64,000 nt of DNA. Source: a bacterium. GTDB lineage: Bacteria; Desulfobacterota; DSWW01. The notes under the pieces are model-generated. The model was not told the DNA's origin. It searched no databases and worked only from the letters and a program-made list of their open reading frames with translations. The position numbers were made by a program, and so were the translations under genes. This document shows, one piece after another, positions 1-8,538 of the stretch. The stretch is taken from NCBI GenBank assembly GCA_040756235.1, contig JBFLZG010000123.1, forward strand, positions 1 through 64,000. The letters run 5' to 3'. Numbering within the stretch: position 1 is the stretch's first letter; every line of letters begins with the position of its first letter.

Positions 1-200
1 CGGGTGGGTGGACAACGCCGCAGGCGTGTCCACCAACCACGGTGGACAAACGCCGACCGGGAGCGAGCCGGTGTGCATCTCGGTAGGGTGGACAAAGCCG
101 CAGGCGTGTCCACCAACCACGGTGGACTACGCAGACCGGGAGCGAGCCGGTGTGCATCTCGGTAGGGTGGACAAAGCCGCAGGCGTGTCCACCAACCACG
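1..200. repeat. Tandem array (~79-80 bp unit, ~2.5 copies) of GTAG-type REP-like palindromes
   Basis: GGTGGAC-N14-GTCCACC at 7-34, 87-114 and 166-193, the last two preceded by GTAG; shared linker GACCGGGAGCGAGCCGGTGTGCATCTC; further copies at ~620-649 and ~47357-47388. Confidence 0.85.
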
Positions 201-256
201 TCCGCAACGTGCGAGCACGGTGTCCCACTACAGCCGAGGGGGTCGATTTTTTCACA

Positions 257-340
257 CCTTCTCCCCTCGGCGAGGGAGAAGGTCAGGATGAGGGGTGCAT
301 CTGCTCCTGTTTCCCCTCACTCTGACCCTCTCCCCCGTGC
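257..340. repeat. CCCTCA/CCCTCTCCC hairpin repeat family, truncated copy
   Basis: CCTTCTCCCCTCGGCGAGGGAGAAGGTCAGGATGAGGGG...CCCCTCACTCTGACCCTCTCCCCCG; related copies at 16436-16531, 39571-39670, 61036-61148. Confidence 0.8.
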
Positions 341-591
341 GGCGGGGGTGCCGCGCTTCAATCGTCTCGGGCTCAAACACTCCGGCCCCTTCTCCTCCCA
401 AGGGTCGGAGACAACGGCCCTTCGGGCGGATCGCCCTTTTCGTCCCTCGTTCCGGGCCGGGTGTTCACGAGGCACACCGTCTTCACGGCCGGGTATTCGA
501 GAAGCAACGCTCCGTTCCACCGGCCTGTCGGAACTCGGGACGGGCCTGCGCGACTCGCCCTCGTCTCGCTCGTGCGGCAACCCCACCGCAC
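337..591. repeat. ~250-nt structured dispersed element, copy A
   Basis: Aligns along its length with the reverse complement of ~63470-63728; inverted ends GTGCGGCGGGGGTGCCGC ... GCGGCAACCCCACCGCAC. Confidence 0.8.
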
Positions 592-783
592 TCGCGCCGC
601 CGGTCGCGTGCATCCCGGCAGGGTGGACGAAGCCGCAGGCGTGTCCACCCGCAACAGCTGGGGGGCCAAGCTCTCGACAGCTGTAGGTATCGGATGTTGC
701 GAGGAGGCTTTGCGACGCGGCAACCTCCCGCTGCGAGCGGGTCGCCACGCTCGAGAGCCTGAACCGCACTGGAGGTAACATCC

Positions 784-2118
784 ATGGCGCAAGAGCCGCC
801 AGGACTCACGCGACGCCTCGCCCGCTTCATCACCGGAACGAGTGAGGCCGACCTCCCGGGCTACGTCTACGAACACGCCAAGGTGGCACTCCTGGACTGG
901 TACGCAGTCGCGATCGCAGGCAAGGACGACCCCCTGGTCCTCAAGCTCATCCGCGTGGCCGATCTCATGGGCGGCTCCGAACAGGCGACACTCATCGGGC
1001 ACGGGCTCCGGAAGAGCGCCTGCCAGGCGGCCCTGGTGAACGGCGCCGCATCCCACGCCCTCGACTACGACGACACGCTGGTCCCCTTTCTCGGTCACCC
1101 TTCGGTGACGATCTTCCCCTCGCTCCTCGCCCTGGCCGAATGGAAGAAGAAGAGCGGCGAGGACCTCCTGACGAGCTACCTGATCGGCCTGAAGGTCGGC
1201 GCCGTGCTCGGCGCTTATTCGGGCCTGAGCCACTACATGGCGGGCTGGCACGGAACCTCGACCATGGGCCACCTGGCGTCCGCTGCGGCCTGCGCTCGCC
1301 TGCTGCGGTTGAGCGAGCAGGAGACGGTCCACGCCCTCGGGATCGCTGCCACGCAGGCCTCGGGCCTGAAGCGGGTCTTCGGCACGATGTGCAAGCCCTT
1401 CCACGCCGGGCGGGCCTCCCAGGCCGGCCTGCTCGCCGTTCTTCTGGCCGCCGAGGGGTTCGATGCGCCCGAGGACACCCTGGAGGGGCCCCAGGGCTTC
1501 TTCGACGTCCTCAAGGGAGACCGGGGCGAGCAGGTTCTGGATACGCTCGGAAAGACATGGGAGATCGAGAACCTGTCCCAGAAATACCACGCCTCCTGTC
1601 ACTTCACCCACTCGCCCATCGAGGCCGCCTTGAAGGTGGCGAGGGAGGAGAACCTCTCGCCCGCGCAGATCCGCGCCATCCGGGTGAGGACCTCGCAGAC
1701 GGCGCTTTCGGCCGCCCACCAGACCGAAGCGAAGACCGGCCTCGCGGCCAAGTTCTGCATCCCCTACTGCGTGGCCAACGCCCTCATCACGGGCCGGACC
1801 GGCATACAGGCCTTTTCCGAGGAATGGGTCGGCAGTCCGCAGATCCAGAGCTTCATGAAGAAGGTCACCGTCGGGCCGGACGGCGGCAAAGCCGGCCTGG
1901 GCGCGATCGTGGAGGTGGAGACGACCGAAGGCAAGCTCTGCACATCCTTCTCCGACATCCTCCAGGAAGTCGTGCCGCTCGAGACCAAGCGCGAAAAGAT
2001 CCGCGCCAAGTTCTACGACCTCTGCCTGCCGGTCCTGGGCCCGACAAGGACCACGGCGGTGCGTGAGGCGATCCTCTCCCTGGACAGGTTCGAGGACATG
2101 CAGCCGTTGTTCCAATAG
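784..2118 (+). CDS. MmgE/PrpD family protein
   Basis: AALVNGAASHALDYDD, HPSV, GWHGT, KPFHAG, KYHASCHFTH motifs; GGAGG RBS. Confidence 0.9.
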   Translation: MAQEPPGLTRRLARFITGTSEADLPGYVYEHAKVALLDWYAVAIAGKDDPLVLKLIRVADLMGGSEQATLIGHGLRKSACQAALVNGAASHALDYDDTLVPFLGHPSVTIFPSLLALAEWKKKSGEDLLTSYLIGLKVGAVLGAYSGLSHYMAGWHGTSTMGHLASAAACARLLRLSEQETVHALGIAATQASGLKRVFGTMCKPFHAGRASQAGLLAVLLAAEGFDAPEDTLEGPQGFFDVLKGDRGEQVLDTLGKTWEIENLSQKYHASCHFTHSPIEAALKVAREENLSPAQIRAIRVRTSQTALSAAHQTEAKTGLAAKFCIPYCVANALITGRTGIQAFSEEWVGSPQIQSFMKKVTVGPDGGKAGLGAIVEVETTEGKLCTSFSDILQEVVPLETKREKIRAKFYDLCLPVLGPTRTTAVREAILSLDRFEDMQPLFQ

Positions 2119-2279
2119 ACCACATCCGAGGTCGGCACTTCCCGCAATTCGGTCGAGAATCAAAGTTGGCCTGTCCCATGCGAGGCAGACGCGAAAATTC
2201 CCCTGACTAGGTGAGCCCTCACAATTAAAGCTCTTTCTCTGTTTTTCCGTCCAAATACCAAAAGAGCATTAAAATTTTA

Positions 2280-2306
2280 TTGACAAACGTGTTCACTTTG
2301 GATAAT
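2280..2306 (+). promoter_or_regulatory. Possible sigma70 promoter upstream of the HNH pair
   Basis: TTGACA at 2280-2285 and GATAAT at 2301-2306 (15-nt spacer, short), preceded by an AT-rich tract. Confidence 0.4.
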
Positions 2307-2445
2307 GACGAGATCCAGGCTGCTTTGTCGGGTGGAAGGGCCCACATGGCTACTTCATGACCCGTTCGTGACTCGCTAGCTTCCGGCCTTTAAGCCGCGG
2401 AGATGGGCAGCGGTACCAGCCTGTTGAGAAGGAATCGCTAATTCC

Positions 2446-3387
2446 ATGCTGGATCGAGCACGAGACACTCGGATCCGGGCAACCGCCTTCGAGTGGCTCT
2501 CGGGTCAGGTCGAAAGCTACGGTGACGTGCTTCCTCGGAGGTTGCTTGCCGAGGGATTCGTTCTCGACGGACACCGTATTCCTCTCGTAGGCCCTCAAGG
2601 CATCTTCAAGCCGCGGGTTCTTCACGAGATTCCTCTATCAATCACCACCGCACCCGATGGTCCCTATGATGATTCATTCGGCACCGACGGCCTCCTCCGT
2701 TATCGATATCGTGGTAAGGACCCGGATCACAGTGACAACCGAGGCTTGCGTGCGGCGATGCGGGAGCACGTTCCGCTCGTGTACTTCCACGGTGTAGTCC
2801 CCGGGAAGTACCTTGCGACATGGCCCGTCTTCGTCGTCGCCGATCATCCTCCCGATCTGTCATTTTCAGTAGCGGTGGATGACGCACAACATCTTGGCGC
2901 TCAGACTGAAAATCCTGACTCGGCTTTCGTTGTGCACGAGGACAGTGACTCAGCTCGTCGTGCCTACTACACGGCTGGAATTCGGGCACGCTTGCATCAG
3001 CGAACGTTTCGAGAGCGCGTCCTTGAAGCATATCAGTACCAATGCGCGTTCTGCCGACTACGCCACGAAGAGCTACTCGATGCGGCTCACATTGTTCCTG
3101 ATCGAGAGCCCGCAGGCGACCCGGTGGTCCGCAATGGGCTTTCCCTCTGTAAGCTCCATCACGCTGCATTCGACCGATATTTTCTGGGACTCCGTCCTGA
3201 TTTCGTCGTAGAAGTCAGGGCTGACATTCTCGGAGAGCACGATGGACCGACCCTTCTTCATGCAATCCAGGGACTGCACGGCTCAAGAATCGCTCTGCCG
3301 AAACGGCTGACGCATCGGCCGGCTGGAGATCTCGTTGCCATACGGTACCAGAGATTCCTGCATGCAGCAGCAAGCCCTCGTTCATAG
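2446..3387 (+). CDS. HNH endonuclease with N-terminal SRA-like domain (putative type IV restriction enzyme)
   Basis: C-term FRERVLEAY-CAFC-LDAAHI-NGLSLCKLHHAAFD; N-term PYDD-LRYRYRG-DN-L-VPLVYF-GKY resembles an SRA fold. Confidence 0.75.
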   Translation: MLDRARDTRIRATAFEWLSGQVESYGDVLPRRLLAEGFVLDGHRIPLVGPQGIFKPRVLHEIPLSITTAPDGPYDDSFGTDGLLRYRYRGKDPDHSDNRGLRAAMREHVPLVYFHGVVPGKYLATWPVFVVADHPPDLSFSVAVDDAQHLGAQTENPDSAFVVHEDSDSARRAYYTAGIRARLHQRTFRERVLEAYQYQCAFCRLRHEELLDAAHIVPDREPAGDPVVRNGLSLCKLHHAAFDRYFLGLRPDFVVEVRADILGEHDGPTLLHAIQGLHGSRIALPKRLTHRPAGDLVAIRYQRFLHAAASPRS

Positions 3388-3515
3388 GCACGGATCTTCC
3401 TGCTTCCCGACATTTACCGGCAGCGAGCGGCGCGCCAGGCGTTCTCTCGCGGTAAGGGACATTCAGGCTGCGCCCCCTGCTAGAGCATGCGTTCGGAAGC
3501 TTTGAGGGGACTTCG

Positions 3516-4445
3516 ATGCAGTTCTTCGTCGGTGTAACCGACAACGCCTGGTATAGACACCTCGCAGATCTCAAGCCGGACGAGGTCAACTTCTGGCGTC
3601 CCGGGGGCGGCTCTTTTGAGGCAATCCCGCTCGGGGCTCCGTTTCTGTTCAAGCTGCACAGGCCCCTGAACGTGATTGCGGGAGGCGGCTTTTTCGTGCG
3701 CGCAGATCGCCTGCCCCTTTCCCTCGCATGGGACACCTTTGGCCAGAAGAACGGGGCTCCTTCGCTTGCCGAATTGAGAAGGCTCATTCAGGCCAGGCGA
3801 CGGGACGCGGCATTTGATCCGGAAATCGGCTGCATCGTTCTCAATGAGCCATTCTTCCTCCAAGAGGACCGGTGGATCCCCGCACCTGAGGATTGGAGCA
3901 AGAATATCGTCGTGGGCAAGACCTATGAGACCGCGGACGCTGTCGGCCAGAGAATTTGGGAAGAGGTTTGCCGACGTCTCGACCTGCCCAGCATCCCTTC
4001 CTCAGGGTACTCCGAACTCCCGGGCACGGTTGACCCGAACGCGAGATACGGGAGTGAATACTTGGCCCGAGCACGACTCGGCCAGGGAATGTTCCGCCTC
4101 CTCGTCGAAGATGCCTATCAAAAGCGCTGCTCCATGACAGGGGAGAAGACACGTCCGGTCCTCCAGGCGGCACACATCAGGCCCTTTACCGAATCCGGCC
4201 CCAACCGCGTGGACAATGGCCTGTTACTTCGCTCCGATCTCCACATCCTCTTCGATCGAGGATACATAACCGTCACGCGCGACCACCGCATCGAGGTCAG
4301 CCAGCGCATCAGGGACGAGTTCGACAACGGTCGGGAGTATTATCCGCTTCATGGCCGTCGGCTGCTGATCCTGCCGGCCAACATGGCGGATCAACCCAGA
4401 ACCGAGTTCATTGATTGGCACAACGAGAAAGTTTTTCTGGGCTGA
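3516..4445 (+). CDS. HNH endonuclease with N-terminal PUA/EVE-like domain (putative type IV restriction enzyme)
   Basis: C-term RLGQGMFR-RCSMTG-LQAAHIRP-NGLLLRSDLHILFDRG; aromatic-rich N-term GVTD-W-EVNFWRP-PFLFK-GGGFF. Confidence 0.8.
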   Translation: MQFFVGVTDNAWYRHLADLKPDEVNFWRPGGGSFEAIPLGAPFLFKLHRPLNVIAGGGFFVRADRLPLSLAWDTFGQKNGAPSLAELRRLIQARRRDAAFDPEIGCIVLNEPFFLQEDRWIPAPEDWSKNIVVGKTYETADAVGQRIWEEVCRRLDLPSIPSSGYSELPGTVDPNARYGSEYLARARLGQGMFRLLVEDAYQKRCSMTGEKTRPVLQAAHIRPFTESGPNRVDNGLLLRSDLHILFDRGYITVTRDHRIEVSQRIRDEFDNGREYYPLHGRRLLILPANMADQPRTEFIDWHNEKVFLG

Positions 4446-4462
4446 CGTGAGAGCGTGACATC

Positions 4463-5152
4463 ATGCCGAAGCACATAGGGATCGTGGCCGTCAGCGCGGA
4501 GGGTGCTGCGCTTTGCTACCGCACGGTATGCGTGGAGGGAGCCGCCCTGTTGGGGCGGCATGCCCACCCCGAGGTCACCATGCATACGTATCCGCTGGCG
4601 GCCTACATGCGTCACATCGACGCGGGGCGGTGGGAGGAAGTGGGCTCGCTGCTTCTCGCCTCGGCCGAAAAGCTTCGCCAGGCCGGCGCCGAGGTCCTGA
4701 TCTGTCCGGACAACACCGCCCACCAGGCGATCGATCTCATCCGCGACCGATCGCCGCTGCCGTGGCTGCACATTGCCGAAGAGGTCGCGCGCGTCGCGGC
4801 CGAGCGCGGCTTCCGACGTCTGCTGATCCTCGGAACTCGCTACCTTATGGAAGGGCCGGTGTACCCGGGCAAGCTCCGCGCGAGAGGAATCGAGTGCGAG
4901 ATACTGCCTGCCGAGGTGCGCGCTCGGCTCAACGACCTCATCTTTGACGAGCTCGTGTACGGGCGGTTCGAGGAGTCCACGCGGTCGTACTTCAACCAAG
5001 TGATCGCTGACGGCAAGGGCCGCGGGATGGATGCGGCGGTGCTCGGCTGCACGGAGATCCCGCTGCTCATGAGCGATGCGGACTCGCCGCTGCCGACGCT
5101 CGATTCGACCCGTATCCTGGCGCGGGCCGCCCTGCGTGAAGCAGTACCGTGA
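4463..5152 (+). CDS. Aspartate/glutamate racemase family protein
   Basis: ICPDNTAH and LGCTEIPLL motifs. Confidence 0.85.
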   Translation: MPKHIGIVAVSAEGAALCYRTVCVEGAALLGRHAHPEVTMHTYPLAAYMRHIDAGRWEEVGSLLLASAEKLRQAGAEVLICPDNTAHQAIDLIRDRSPLPWLHIAEEVARVAAERGFRRLLILGTRYLMEGPVYPGKLRARGIECEILPAEVRARLNDLIFDELVYGRFEESTRSYFNQVIADGKGRGMDAAVLGCTEIPLLMSDADSPLPTLDSTRILARAALREAVP

Positions 5153-5445
5153 CCATCATGGGTGAGTGCCAAAACTGCAAGGACCTGGACGTAGAGATCG
5201 ACATCCGAAGTCCAGGGGAGCTCAAGAAGACGCTGGATATGGCCAGGAAATACGTGGCGGCCGGCATCCTGGCCGTGCTCAGGGGAGAGAGTCGGGGGTC
5301 GCAGCCCTTCGAGCCGGCAAACAGCAGCGGACCTTGGAATGATGTGGTGAATCATCTTTTTCGCTGTACTTCCTGCGGCAGGAAATTCGAGCTGTTTGCA
5401 GAAACGTACCACGGTAGAGGCGGTTTCTGGAGACCGGCACTGTAG
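5149..5445 (+). CDS. Small hypothetical protein with two CxxC motifs
   Basis: CQNC and CTSC, C-term ETYHGRGGFW; overlaps racemase stop (GTGA). Confidence 0.65.
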   Translation: MTIMGECQNCKDLDVEIDIRSPGELKKTLDMARKYVAAGILAVLRGESRGSQPFEPANSSGPWNDVVNHLFRCTSCGRKFELFAETYHGRGGFWRPAL

Positions 5446-5465
5446 GTACGCGGATTCGCAAGTTT

Positions 5466-5493
5466 GTAGGGCCGTATGGCCATACGCCCCTAC
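5466..5493. repeat. GTAGGGGC...GCCCCTAC REP-like palindrome
   Basis: GTAGGGCCGTATGGCCATACGCCCCTAC; family copies at ~16372-16395, 19061-19086, 25006-25033, 43197-43225. Confidence 0.8.
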
Positions 5494-5529
5494 CGGCTTT
5501 GGCCCGCTCATAGATGGAGATCGCCTGGA

Positions 5530-6066
5530 TTGAAGGCTCCGCAACGCATCGAGACCGCCAGGCTCGTCCTCGAGCGCCCGCGCGCGGCCGATCTCGAAGC
5601 TGTCTTCGCACGCTATGCGAGCGATCCTGACGTTACGCGCTTCGTGAGTTGGCCAAGGCACGAGTCCTTGGCCGACACGCTGGCGTTTCTTGAATTCAGC
5701 GAAGCCGAATGGGAGCGATGGCCGGCGGGTCCGTACCTGGTGAGATCGCGCACGGACGGCACGCTTCTGGGAGGCACCGGGCTTGCGTTCGAGACCCCGC
5801 ACCGGGCCTCAACCGGTTACGTCCTGGCCAAGGACGCGTGGGGAAAGGGGTATGCCACCGAGGCGCTCCATGCGATGGTCGAGCTCGCTCACACGGTGGG
5901 CGTCCGGCGGCTGTACGCGATCTGTCACATCGAGCATCCTGCTTCTCGCCGAGTTCTCGAGAAGGGCGGCTTCCGGCGGGAAGGGATTCTGCACCTGCAT
6001 ACCGAGTTCCCGAACCTGTCGCCCGGCGAACCGGCCGACGTCTTCTGCTATTTCCGAATCCTGTGA
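5530..6066 (+). CDS. GNAT family N-acetyltransferase (RimJ/RimL-like)
   Basis: IETARLVL, WGKGYATEA, ASRRVLEKGGF; start placed at TTG after GGAGA because the upstream ATG lies in a REP. Confidence 0.85.
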   Translation: MKAPQRIETARLVLERPRAADLEAVFARYASDPDVTRFVSWPRHESLADTLAFLEFSEAEWERWPAGPYLVRSRTDGTLLGGTGLAFETPHRASTGYVLAKDAWGKGYATEALHAMVELAHTVGVRRLYAICHIEHPASRRVLEKGGFRREGILHLHTEFPNLSPGEPADVFCYFRIL

Positions 6067-6091
6067 TCGCGCTGCACGCCAGGGCGGCCTC

Positions 6092-6170
6092 GGGTGAGGG
6101 CAAGGAATCTTCGAAGATGCACGATCTCCTCGTCTTCGAGACCGCGTCCTTCCGCGCCGAGCAGAGCACG
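6092..6170 (+). pseudogene. Truncated copy of the 5' end of the HIT gene
   Basis: Near-identical to 7868-7945, start ATG mutated to AAG. Confidence 0.7.
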
Positions 6171-6224
6171 GAAGTGGTCCAGGGCTACTCCCACAACTCA
6201 GGACGGTCCTCGTCCTCTCGAGCT

Positions 6225-7508
6225 TCAATCGCCAGGATTGTCGCCGGCGCTGTCGAAGACGACGAGCACCGAATCGTCGGACGGGTTCGTAAAGGTCATG
6301 TCAAGACCGGCCGCAAGAAAGCCCGCGTCCTGCAGCGCCCCGTTCACCCGGAGCTCGCTGACCGTGACATTCTGGTCATAGAGCATCAGGAACGAGGAGG
6401 CGACACCATGAGAGTAGCCGCTGGCCGATACGCTCAGCTCCCCCAAGACCAAATCGCCGGACAGGTTGGTGAAAACGATGCTGCCTCCATAATTGGCAGT
6501 CATGGTTGCGTTGGAATTCATGCTTCCTTCACCAAGTCCGATGGTGCCGTCGTTCTGGACCTCGATCTGGCTCAATTCGCCGTTCGAGGTAAGATTCAAA
6601 CCAATACCTGAAAAAGTCCCTGTGTTGTCTATACGGGCAATTCCGCCTTGCACCAGAATGTTGAGGGTACCGCTGTACCAGCCGTTGTTGACGACATGAG
6701 TGTCGGCACTATCGTAAGTGTTCAGATTGATAACGGCCGAACCCGAGCCGTTGTTCTGAAAATGGACGGTCCCGGTGCCATTGTTGGTCACGTTGAACGT
6801 GCTGCCGAAGTAACCCCCGCTATCGAAATTGAACTGCCCCGAGTTGTTCACAACGTCTACACTGCCATCGCCCAGGTAACCGCTGGGGACGGCATTCGCA
6901 GGACGGTTCAGAAAACTGACCGCCGGGCTGCCCGATGAGCCGTCAAGGAAGTTGACGACTCCCCCGTCCTCGATGAGGAAATGTATATTTCCCAGGAGAG
7001 AGCCGAAGGCGTTGTTGATATGCATGGTGGCGCCGTGTACGTTGAAGTTGAGATTTCCGTCGATGGAGCCCGAGTTGTCCGTGTTGAATTCAGCCGAGTC
7101 GTGTGCGGTGATGTTGAGATTGGCATCGATCGTACCCGAGTTGTTCATGTCGAATACAGCCGAGTCCTCTCCGGTGACGTTGAGATTGCCATCGATCGCG
7201 CCCGAGTTGTTCAAGTTGAACACGGCCGATTCGTAGGTCGTAACGTTCAACCATCCCGTGAAACTGCCCTGGTTTTCGAAATCGACGGTAAAGCCTCCCC
7301 CGACTTCGATATTGATGGTACACTCGATTTCCTCGGTGTTCACGATCTCCATATCCTCGGTGACCACGAGGCTGACCGTCGGACAGCCGCTCAGCGGGTC
7401 GACATCGGTCACGGCAGAGGACACGCTGTCTCCGTCGTCGTCTCCGCACGCATTCAAAACCAGGACGCAGCCAAGAATGATCGCAGACAAGGATGCTGCC
7501 TTACCCAT
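6225..7508 (-). CDS. Putative lipoprotein with Asn/Gly-rich ~22-aa repeats (beta-solenoid)
   Basis: Signal peptide with VLNAC lipobox; repeats such as NNSGAIDGNLNVTGEDSAVF; AGGAGG RBS. Confidence 0.75.
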   Translation of the reverse strand: MGKAASLSAIILGCVLVLNACGDDDGDSVSSAVTDVDPLSGCPTVSLVVTEDMEIVNTEEIECTINIEVGGGFTVDFENQGSFTGWLNVTTYESAVFNLNNSGAIDGNLNVTGEDSAVFDMNNSGTIDANLNITAHDSAEFNTDNSGSIDGNLNFNVHGATMHINNAFGSLLGNIHFLIEDGGVVNFLDGSSGSPAVSFLNRPANAVPSGYLGDGSVDVVNNSGQFNFDSGGYFGSTFNVTNNGTGTVHFQNNGSGSAVINLNTYDSADTHVVNNGWYSGTLNILVQGGIARIDNTGTFSGIGLNLTSNGELSQIEVQNDGTIGLGEGSMNSNATMTANYGGSIVFTNLSGDLVLGELSVSASGYSHGVASSFLMLYDQNVTVSELRVNGALQDAGFLAAGLDMTFTNPSDDSVLVVFDSAGDNPGD

Positions 7509-7584
7509 AATAACCTCCTTTTATTCTGCTGGAGACTGGGGTACTCTAGCGGAATCGCCCCTGGCAAGTCAACGTGGATGGCAC

Positions 7585-7725
7585 AATCTGCAAACTCGAC
7601 ATCCGCAGTCCAGGTGAGCTCAAGAAGACCCTGGATATGGCCAGGAAATGCGTGGCGGCCGGCATCCTGGCCGTCCTCCGGGAAGAGGATCGGAGCTCAC
7701 AACCCTTCGATCAGGCAAGCAGCAG
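7585..7725 (+). pseudogene. Truncated, diverged copy of the CxxC gene at 5149-5445
   Basis: Encodes DIRSPGELKKTLDMARKCVAAGILAVLR vs DIRSPGELKKTLDMARKYVAAGILAVLR; lacks the C-terminal half. Confidence 0.7.
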
Positions 7726-7877
7726 AACCCTGGCGCCGGACGAGGTAAACGTTGAGTTCCCGCAAATCGCAACAACCGAATCGCCCACCGTCATCCCTGA
7801 TGCAGAACCTTCTGCGGCGTCGAACTTTGAATCTCCAGAGACAAGTCGCAATTGAGGTCGAGAAAGCGGGTGAGCGC

Positions 7878-8402
7878 ATGGAATCTTCGAAGATGCACGA
7901 TCGCCTCGTCTTCGAGACCGCGTCCGTCCGCGCCGAGCAGAGCTTGGAAGTAGCGATCCCAGGGTATCTCATCCTGTCGTCGAAGCAGCCTGTGTCAGAA
8001 TTTTCCCGGATGTCGGAGGAATGTGCGGCAGACTTGGGCCGCGCGATCCGCCTCGCCTGCCGTGTAGTCGAGGAAGTCATCAAGCCCGAGAGGATCTACG
8101 TCGCCCGATTCGGAGAGGAATGCGCGGAGATCCATTTCCACATCCTCCCTCGAACCAGGTGGCTGCTGGAAGAGTACCGCCGAGTAACCGGGGCGTCGGC
8201 CGGTCCAGCGAGCGGGGCGCAACTTTTCGGCTGGGCGCGAGATGCATTTCGGGGAAAGACAGCTCCGCAGATCCCTGGAATAACAGTCTCGGAGGCTGTC
8301 CGGCAGATGAGATCCTTTTCAGAACAGTTTCGAGGATCCGCTCGCAGCAGAAGGCTCGGGCTCGAGGCCGGACCGGGAGGCCGACCCGTCCACGAGGAAT
8401 AG
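7878..8402 (+). CDS. HIT family protein
   Basis: IPGYLIL, PERIY, EIHFHILPR. Confidence 0.7.
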   Translation: MESSKMHDRLVFETASVRAEQSLEVAIPGYLILSSKQPVSEFSRMSEECAADLGRAIRLACRVVEEVIKPERIYVARFGEECAEIHFHILPRTRWLLEEYRRVTGASAGPASGAQLFGWARDAFRGKTAPQIPGITVSEAVRQMRSFSEQFRGSARSRRLGLEAGPGGRPVHEE

Positions 8403-8538
8403 CCTAGGCGAGGAGCTGGAAGAAATCCGCGGAGCCAAGGTGTAAGCTTCGCGGCGGATTAGAATCCGGGCGGCGCCCGTTTGTGCAGGAAGGTTCACCA
8501 CTCTCGCCACGATGTGAGATATACGAGGAGGGTCTGCA

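Noticed and set aside
1..200. CRISPR array
   Set aside because: The sequences between palindromes are near-identical rather than unique spacers, and no cas genes are present.
373..2163. Long antisense and alternate-frame ORFs here and elsewhere (e.g. 22396-24177, 56678-58705, 59214-61166)
   Set aside because: They shadow well-supported genes, carry no motifs and are expected in high-GC DNA.
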